Assembly: GCA_001600695.1 (NCBI GenBank)
Contig: BCKQ01000002.1
Location: forward strand, 1,296,768 to 1,360,767
Direction: 5' to 3'
Origin: Ascoidea asiatica JCM 7603
Lineage: Eukaryota; Fungi; Ascomycota
Length of the DNA: 64,000 bases
The notes beneath the pieces are model-generated. The model was not told where the DNA came from. It ran no database searches and was given only the letters and a program-made list of their open reading frames with translations. Below, in pieces: positions 57,585 through 64,000 of this stretch; positions within the stretch are counted from its first letter, which is position 1; every line of letters begins with the position of its first letter. The position numbers and the translations under genes are program-made.

Positions 57585-59534
57585 TTAAGATTTTTCAATC
57601 TTTTCATAATATAAAAGGTAAACGTCTTCACTTTTTAAAGTATTTGATTTTGAAATTGGAAGGTTTGCAATTGCAATTTTTGAATCATCACAAAAATTCC
57701 AAAGATTATTTTTATGTACAATTGCAGTATAATGACCAGATTTTAAATCACCATAATGATTTATATAACCACTTAATTTATAATTATCAGTAATAAATTC
57801 ATTATGAAAAGATAATTTTAATGGAAAAGTTATTGAAGAAGTATTTTTAGTTATATTAAATTTATAAGAAAATCTTGATAAATGAATAATTAAAATTTTA
57901 GGTAATTGTAAGAAATGTAAAGATTTTATTGCTTTAGTTTTAATAATTTTTAAAGGAGAAGAATCTTTTTTATCTCTATTCATAAAATTTATTTTTGATT
58001 TTGATTTTAAACCATTTGAAGATTTAATTTTTGATTTATCTTTTAATTTATCTTTTAATTTATCTTTTGATTTATCTTTTGATTTATCTTTTTTGGACAT
58101 AAAAAATTTTGAAATAGAATTTGTTTCTAAACGTTCTTCACTTGAAGAATTATTTGAATTATTTGAATTATTTGAATTTTGATTTTTCAGATCATTATTT
58201 AATTGATTATTTAATTGATTATTTAATTGATTATTTAATTGATTATTAATATTATTAGGATTTTTATTACAATTTGGACAAGTCCAAGAATTTTCACCAG
58301 ATAAAATTTCATTTGAAGTAAAAGAATCTATACAATCTTGTAAAAAAATTGATTTAAATTTACTTTCAGGAATTGGTAAAGATAAAATTAAAAATGGAGA
58401 AAAAGTTGAAGAAATTTTTTTACAAGATAAACATTGTAAATTACTTTGTAATTTACCTTCAAAGAAATAAGTTATTGGAGAAATACCTTCTTGTTTAATT
58501 AATTTATTAAACCATTTTTTATAATCTAAATTATTTAAATTTTTTGAAAAATTATTTGGAATTTTTATTAAATTTGGAAATTGATTTATAATATAATCAG
58601 ATTGATTTAATTCTTTATGTAAATGATCTAATAAAAAATTTAAAAATTCTTGAGAATCTTGTTGTAAATAAGGTATATTTAAATTTTTATTTAAATTATT
58701 ACAAATTGATAAAAAATTTTTTGGAGAAATTATTGAATTTTGATTTTTTAACATTTTATCAAATAAACAAAATAAAGAATATGATAAAGTTTTTGATAAA
58801 ATTTTTTTTGAATTAAAATTTAAATAATTTAAAAAAGATTTATTTATAAAAATATTTGAGAATGGAATAATATTAAAAAGACATTGAATTTGAGAATTTA
58901 TATAACAAGTACTACCAAAATTTTTAATACCACAAGTTATTGAAGATCTTTTAATTGAAGATTTTATTATTTCATTTGGAATATATAATGATTTTCTTTC
59001 GTAATTGATTTTATTGTTATTATTAATATTATTTATGAAATTAATCCAAGAATTGAAACCATCTTTTAAATAAAGAGGTAAATTTGTATTATTATTATTA
59101 TTAATGTTATTAATGTTATTATTTGAAGTTAAAAGATTATAAAAAGAATGAAAATATTTATAATTAAAATTATTTAAAGGTTGATTAAAATAATAAATAA
59201 TGAAATTAAATTTAAATCTTTGAATAAATAATTTATAATAATTAAAATTTGAAGATTTTAAATATATTAATAAATCATTTAAAGATAAATTGTAATTTTT
59301 ATTTAAATTATTATTTAAACTTACATAATTATTAATATTTATTGTATATTTTGAAATTATATGATTTGATAAGAATTGAGAATTTTCTCTTAAATCTATA
59401 ATTAAAACTTTTGAATTTGAATTTGAATTTGAATTTGAATTAAGTAGATTTAAAAGAGAAGAATTTGTAATATAAGGTAATTTAATATCATTTGAATCAA
59501 ATTCATTATTATTTGAAGAGTAATAATTATTCAT
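57585..59534 (-). CDS. Ubiquitin C-terminal hydrolase with rhodanese-like domain (Doa4/Ubp7/Ubp11 family)
   Basis: LIIDLR...HI and LKDGFNSW rhodanese motifs; Cys box GIKNFGSTCYINS, QQDSQEF, His box HYGDLKSGHYTA. Confidence 0.88.
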   Translation of the reverse strand: MNNYYSSNNNEFDSNDIKLPYITNSSLLNLLNSNSNSNSNSKVLIIDLRENSQFLSNHIISKYTININNYVSLNNNLNKNYNLSLNDLLIYLKSSNFNYYKLFIQRFKFNFIIYYFNQPLNNFNYKYFHSFYNLLTSNNNINNINNNNNTNLPLYLKDGFNSWINFINNINNNNKINYERKSLYIPNEIIKSSIKRSSITCGIKNFGSTCYINSQIQCLFNIIPFSNIFINKSFLNYLNFNSKKILSKTLSYSLFCLFDKMLKNQNSIISPKNFLSICNNLNKNLNIPYLQQDSQEFLNFLLDHLHKELNQSDYIINQFPNLIKIPNNFSKNLNNLDYKKWFNKLIKQEGISPITYFFEGKLQSNLQCLSCKKISSTFSPFLILSLPIPESKFKSIFLQDCIDSFTSNEILSGENSWTCPNCNKNPNNINNQLNNQLNNQLNNQLNNDLKNQNSNNSNNSNNSSSEERLETNSISKFFMSKKDKSKDKSKDKLKDKLKDKSKIKSSNGLKSKSKINFMNRDKKDSSPLKIIKTKAIKSLHFLQLPKILIIHLSRFSYKFNITKNTSSITFPLKLSFHNEFITDNYKLSGYINHYGDLKSGHYTAIVHKNNLWNFCDDSKIAIANLPISKSNTLKSEDVYLLYYEKIEKS

Positions 59535-60035
59535 TTGAGATAATATTGAATTGAATATTATAGGTAATTGAATTTCATAATCAATTGAATTTTATAATCA
59601 ATTGAATTTGAAATTGAAAATGAAATTGAAAATGAAGATAAATTATAAGTTGATTTTAATTTATAATATAAAGGTAAAATATCATTATTTAATATATTAG
59701 TTATGTTATTGTTGGCGGTTAAATAATTTGAGATGAATGATAAATTTGAAGGAATATAATAATATAAAAGAATATAAGATAATAAGAAATAAGTTATTAA
59801 ATCATTAATCTGATTATTATAATCATTTATATTTGAGTTATTATGAATTGAATATTATAGGTAATTGGATTGGAATTAAACCTTTTTGTATCTTTTATAC
59901 TGGTTTATCAGTGATTGTTAGTATTTCTTGGTGTTTCTCAGTGGGTTTCACTCTTCAGCCTGCTTATATCTGATTATATTACTTTGTTTCTTTGTTGTTG
60001 TATGCACTCCTCGGAAGCTGAAACTGCTCGGCATA

Positions 60036-60075
60036 GCTGGAGAAGTCACGTGGGCTAGTGAGTGACTTCTCCAGC
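60036..60075. repeat. Perfect 14-bp inverted repeat with 12-nt spacer
   Basis: GCTGGAGAAGTCAC (60036-60049) and GTGACTTCTCCAGC (60062-60075). Confidence 0.9.
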
Positions 60076-60141
60076 CCCGTTATGGATGGAATAAATGAAA
60101 TAATAAGTGGCTTGTAGACCACGTGTCCGTTGCTTCTGTAT

Positions 60142-60149
60142 CCGGGTAA
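60142..60149. promoter_or_regulatory. Reb1-type site CCGGGTAA in the divergent DUB/MRP2 promoter
   Basis: Exact match to the Reb1 consensus inside a GC-rich intergenic island. Confidence 0.5.
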
Positions 60150-60351
60150 CTTCTCTTTGATCTTTGATCTGTTTGTGTCTGAAGAGAAGGTGAACGAGGT
60201 GAAAGAGGTGAAGAAGTGAAGAGGTGAAGAAGATAAATCACTTCTGAGTCACTTCTGAGTTACTTCTGAGTTACTTCCTTTAGTTATTCATCCACCACCA
60301 CCACCACCACCACCAATAACACTATCGAAATACTATCAAAATACTATCAAA

Positions 60352-60699
60352 ATGGGAGGCTTCAGATTCCCAGTACCTATGAAATTACCCCCATCATATT
60401 TAAATTCAAGAGTAATAAAAGATAATTTCAAAAGACAACAAAGTTCAGAACATGAAGTTTTAATAATGGCTTTAAAATATATTTCAAGAAATACTTCTTT
60501 ACCACCAAGAGCAAGACTTGAAGCTCAATTACAATTATCAACTTTACCTAATTTTACAAGATTTAATAATATTAAAGATAGATGTGTAGAAACTGGTCAT
60601 TCAAGATCTGTTTTAAAATCTTTTCATTTAAATAGAACTCAATTTAGAAAATTAGCTTTAAATGGTAATTTATCTGGTGTTAAAAAAGGTGTCTGGTAA
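60352..60699 (+). CDS. MRP2: Mitochondrial ribosomal protein uS14m
   Basis: MGGFRFPV, RVIKDNFKR, IKDRCVETGHSRSV, LSGVKKGVW. Confidence 0.94.
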   Translation: MGGFRFPVPMKLPPSYLNSRVIKDNFKRQQSSEHEVLIMALKYISRNTSLPPRARLEAQLQLSTLPNFTRFNNIKDRCVETGHSRSVLKSFHLNRTQFRKLALNGNLSGVKKGVW

Positions 60700-61041
60700 T
60701 CTATCTCTCTATCTCTCCCTCTCTCTCTATCTATATATATATATATATATCTTACTTTATATATAAATATATCTTACTTTATATATAAATATCTTGTTAA
60801 TATAAATATTCTAGTCTATTCTATTCTATTCTATTCTTATTTAATATCTTGTACTTATTCCCGTGTTCAATATCTCTCATCCGCTATTATTACTATAATT
60901 ATATCCCATATATTACCATAAAAAAAATAAAGGTGTAAAACTAATGTATAATGATTCTTATCAATAGATACATAATACAATACATTCAATACATTCAATA
61001 CATCCAATACATCCAATACAATACTTATAATAATAATTGCA

Positions 61042-61884
61042 ATGCAAAATATTCATTTAAATAATTCTTCTAATTCAACAATAAATCAATATTTTCATAT
61101 TTTTAAAATTGAATTTTTACAATTTATATTAAATTTAAAAAATTTATTATTAAATATATATATAAATTTTAAAATTTTTTTTAAAAAACAATCAATAATT
61201 ATAAAAATTTTATTAATTTTATTAATTTTATTAATTTTATTAATTTATTCAATTTTAATTTATTATCATTCTTTATTAATTTTATTTTTTTTAAAAATTT
61301 CAAATTTTTTAAAAAATTTAAAATTCATATCTTTTATTCTTTGGTTCACAATTTTTTTTATAAGTTTTCCACCATTATTTGGTTTTTCTTTATTATCAAC
61401 AATTATTGGTATAATTTTTGGTTTAAAAGGTTGGTTTTTATTATCTTCATCTTCAATTCTTGGTTCATGTTTTTCATTTTTAATTTTTAGAAAATTTTTT
61501 TTAAAAAATTCAAAAATTCTTTTAAATTCAAATAAAATTTTTATTGCAATTAATCAAATTTTTATTGATGAAAAAAATAAAATTTTTTTATTATCTTTAA
61601 TTAAAATTTCTCCATTACCATATTCTTTAACAAATGGTGCTTTAGCTTCATTACCTGGTATAAAATTTAATCAATTTTTTTTTTCAAGTCTTTTAACTTC
61701 TCCAAAATTTTTAATTCATTTATTTATTGGTTCAAAATTAAATAATTTAATTAATAATAAATCAAATAATTTTGATAAATTTATTGATATTTTAAGTATG
61801 TTAATTACTTCTTTATCTTTTACTTTTATTATTTCAATAATTTATTTTAAAACTAAACAAAAATTAAATTTAATAAATAATGAA

Positions 61885-61919
<35 letters not shown>

Positions 61920-62181
61920 TGATAATAACAATGATAATAATCAAATACTTTTAAGTAGTGATTATGATATAGAAAATAATCCTCTTGATCCAATTATAAA
62001 TGATAATGATAATGACAATCAAAATATAAATATCAACAATGATAATAATAATAATAATAATAATGACTTAGATCTAGATTCAATTGATTTTGATGCTTCT
62101 TTAAATCTTTTACAAAAAAATTTAAAATCTTCAAGTAATTCTCATAATTCAAATTCTTCTCTAGATTTTAAAGATATTTAA
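61042..62181 (+). CDS. TVP38: Golgi VTT/DedA-domain membrane protein Tvp38
   Basis: SFPPLFGFSLLST, ISPLPYSLTNGALA, SPKFLIHLFIGSKL. Confidence 0.88.
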
Positions 62182-62809
62182 ATCTATACTTATATATTAT
62201 ATAAATATATTGAATAAGATATTTAGATATGTTTCTTTACGTATTTGAAAAATTCAAAAAAAACAATAAGTAATTATAAAAATTATAAAAAGAAAAGAAA
62301 CATTTTAAAAATTTCGAAAATAAAAAGTATTAAATTAAAAAATAACTGGTAATTTTAAATAAATTAGCATTTTTTGGAATGAATAGTAATAGAATTATAA
62401 ATATATATATATAAAAAAATAAAAAAAAAAAAAAAAAGATTTTAACTTATTATGAAATTTTTTTTTTTTTAAATTAATAGCAAATTTTGCTCTTTGCAAA
62501 AATATTGAGCTTGATATATTTTAAATAAAATATATTATGAAAGCAAGGATTCAAAAAAATTAAATTAAAACTCTACCAATGAAGATGAATCAAACAAATT
62601 AATAAAATAGTAAAATAATAAAATATTTAAAAAATAAATAATCAAAAGTAAATAATTAAAAATAAATAATAAAAAATTAAATGAAAACAAAAAACCAAAT
62701 CAAAAATCAAAGATCTAAACACAACAACATTTTAAAAAAAAAAATAAAGATAAGTAAAAAAAAAATGACAAATATGGATAAAGATGATAATAAAGATGAT
62801 AAACTAAAC

Positions 62810-64000
62810 TTATTTTGGTCTTAGATTTTTAATAAAATCATTATGATTATTTGAATAATTTGTAAATTCATTTTCATAATTTAAATTATCTTTATTTTTA
62901 TTAAGATTATTAATTGATATTTTATTTTTAATAATTGAATTTGGACTTGAATTTTCATTTAAATCTAAATTTATATTTGTATTTAATTTTAAATTATTTT
63001 CAGATTGTTTTGAATATACAGAAGTATTAATTTCTGCATCATCTTCAAAAGGAGATCTTACATGATGTCTATCATTATTATTATCATTAATATTATCAAT
63101 ATCATCAATATCAGAATTATTATTTATATTATTAATTTTTGGAGTTGATAATACTGAAGAATCAGACATTGCAGAAGATTCATAACCTAAAGTAAATTTT
63201 TGATTATGAAAAGTATTATCATTATTAGTTATGGAACTTGAAGAATCTTTTAATTGAGCAGTATAACCATCATTTAATTTATCAGTTGAAATAAAAGGAC
63301 CATCATCATCTTCATCATCATATTTATCATGTTGATTTTTTTGATTCTTCTTTATATCATTTTCAATTTCGTTATTTTCAATTTCGTTATTTTCAATTTC
63401 GTTATTTTCATTTTCATTTTCATTTTCATCAATTAATTTTGGTAAATGATTATTAAGTATTGGAGAAGAATGTTGAGATTTTCTAGTATTATCTAAAGTA
63501 TAATTTTTTAAATCAATATTTGGTAATGGAGGAGTATATATTACATTATTATTTATAGAATTTGTATTATTAAATGTTAGCCTTGAATTTGAATTTGAAT
63601 TTGAATTTGAATTTGAATTATTTGAGTAATCATGAGGATATGAAGAACTTGGAATTCTATGTAAATTTTTTATATATTCATCTTTTTGTTTATTATCTAG
63701 ATTAATTAAAGATTCAGAAGAAAAATTATTATTTGATTTTGATCTTGGTAGACTTAGACTGTTATGATTATTACTATTGTTATTATTGTTATTATTATTA
63801 TTTGTTATAAGATCATTATTTGTTGTATCAGTCAGAACAGAAATTGTTGAATTATGAGAAGTTATATTTGAAGAATTATTTTGATATTTATTTGCAGTTT
63901 TTTTAATTGATTTTCTTCTTAAAATTGATTTTGATCTTTTACTATTTTTATTTTTTATTATTGAATTATCATTATTTGTATCGGCGGTAATATTTTTATT
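62810..64000 (-). CDS. 3' part of a long low-complexity (N/S/D-rich) protein whose start lies beyond the window
   Basis: Reading by hand, the frame of the 62810-63169 ORF stays open without a stop to position 64000 (about 396 codons); no recognisable domain. Confidence 0.8.
   Translation of the reverse strand, partial: NKNITADTNNDNSIIKNKNSKRSKSILRRKSIKKTANKYQNNSSNITSHNSTISVLTDTTNNDLITNNNNNNNNNSNNHNSLSLPRSKSNNNFSSESLINLDNKQKDEYIKNLHRIPSSSYPHDYSNNSNSNSNSNSNSRLTFNNTNSINNNVIYTPPLPNIDLKNYTLDNTRKSQHSSPILNNHLPKLIDENENENENNEIENNEIENNEIENDIKKNQKNQHDKYDDEDDDGPFISTDKLNDGYTAQLKDSSSSITNNDNTFHNQKFTLGYESSAMSDSSVLSTPKINNINNNSDIDDIDNINDNNNDRHHVRSPFEDDAEINTSVYSKQSENNLKLNTNINLDLNENSSPNSIIKNKISINNLNKNKDNLNYENEFTNYSNNHNDFIKNLRPK

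Noticed and set aside
36980-60052. RTCACGTG boxes as point-centromere CDEI elements
   Set aside because: No CDEII/CDEIII arrangement follows; they sit in ordinary promoters
1-64000. LTR retrotransposons, DNA transposons, rRNA, snoRNA
   Set aside because: No gag/pol/transposase ORF, LTR pair or recognisable RNA motif seen; small ncRNAs cannot be excluded without an Infernal scan

Overview
Eukaryotic DNA from a very AT-rich budding yeast (Saccharomycotina). The traits fit an Ascoidea-like or other non-Saccharomyces lineage (inference): eIF3e present, GTAAGT-donor introns, pervasive poly-Asn tracts. The window holds about 30 protein genes and two tRNA genes (intron-containing Trp-CCA and Val-AAC). 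Most genes are housekeeping: eIF3e, MRPL8, MIC12, TSC10, GPC1, DJP1, an SRAP/HMCES protein, MGR3, URB2, THR4, MED11, ROT1, a USP protein, PCD1, UTP18, CCT8, a DDB1/Mms1-like protein, SNU13, RCI37-like, PRD1, SNF8, a Ubp7/11-type DUB, MRP2, TVP38 and a 5'-truncated ORF at the right edge. Two spliced genes (MIC12 and the true N-terminus of the SRAP gene) were missed by the ORF track. The unusual part is a gene-sparse block at about 14.9-27.1 kb next to tRNA-Trp. It carries an auxin-efflux-carrier/PILS-family transporter, two tandem and highly diverged intronless profilin-fold genes, an amidase-signature hydrolase, an Ald2/3-type aldehyde dehydrogenase and an orphan ORF with faint AFT-domain resemblance. 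No transposon, CRISPR array or rRNA was seen. All assignments come from motif and family recognition by eye; no database search was run.
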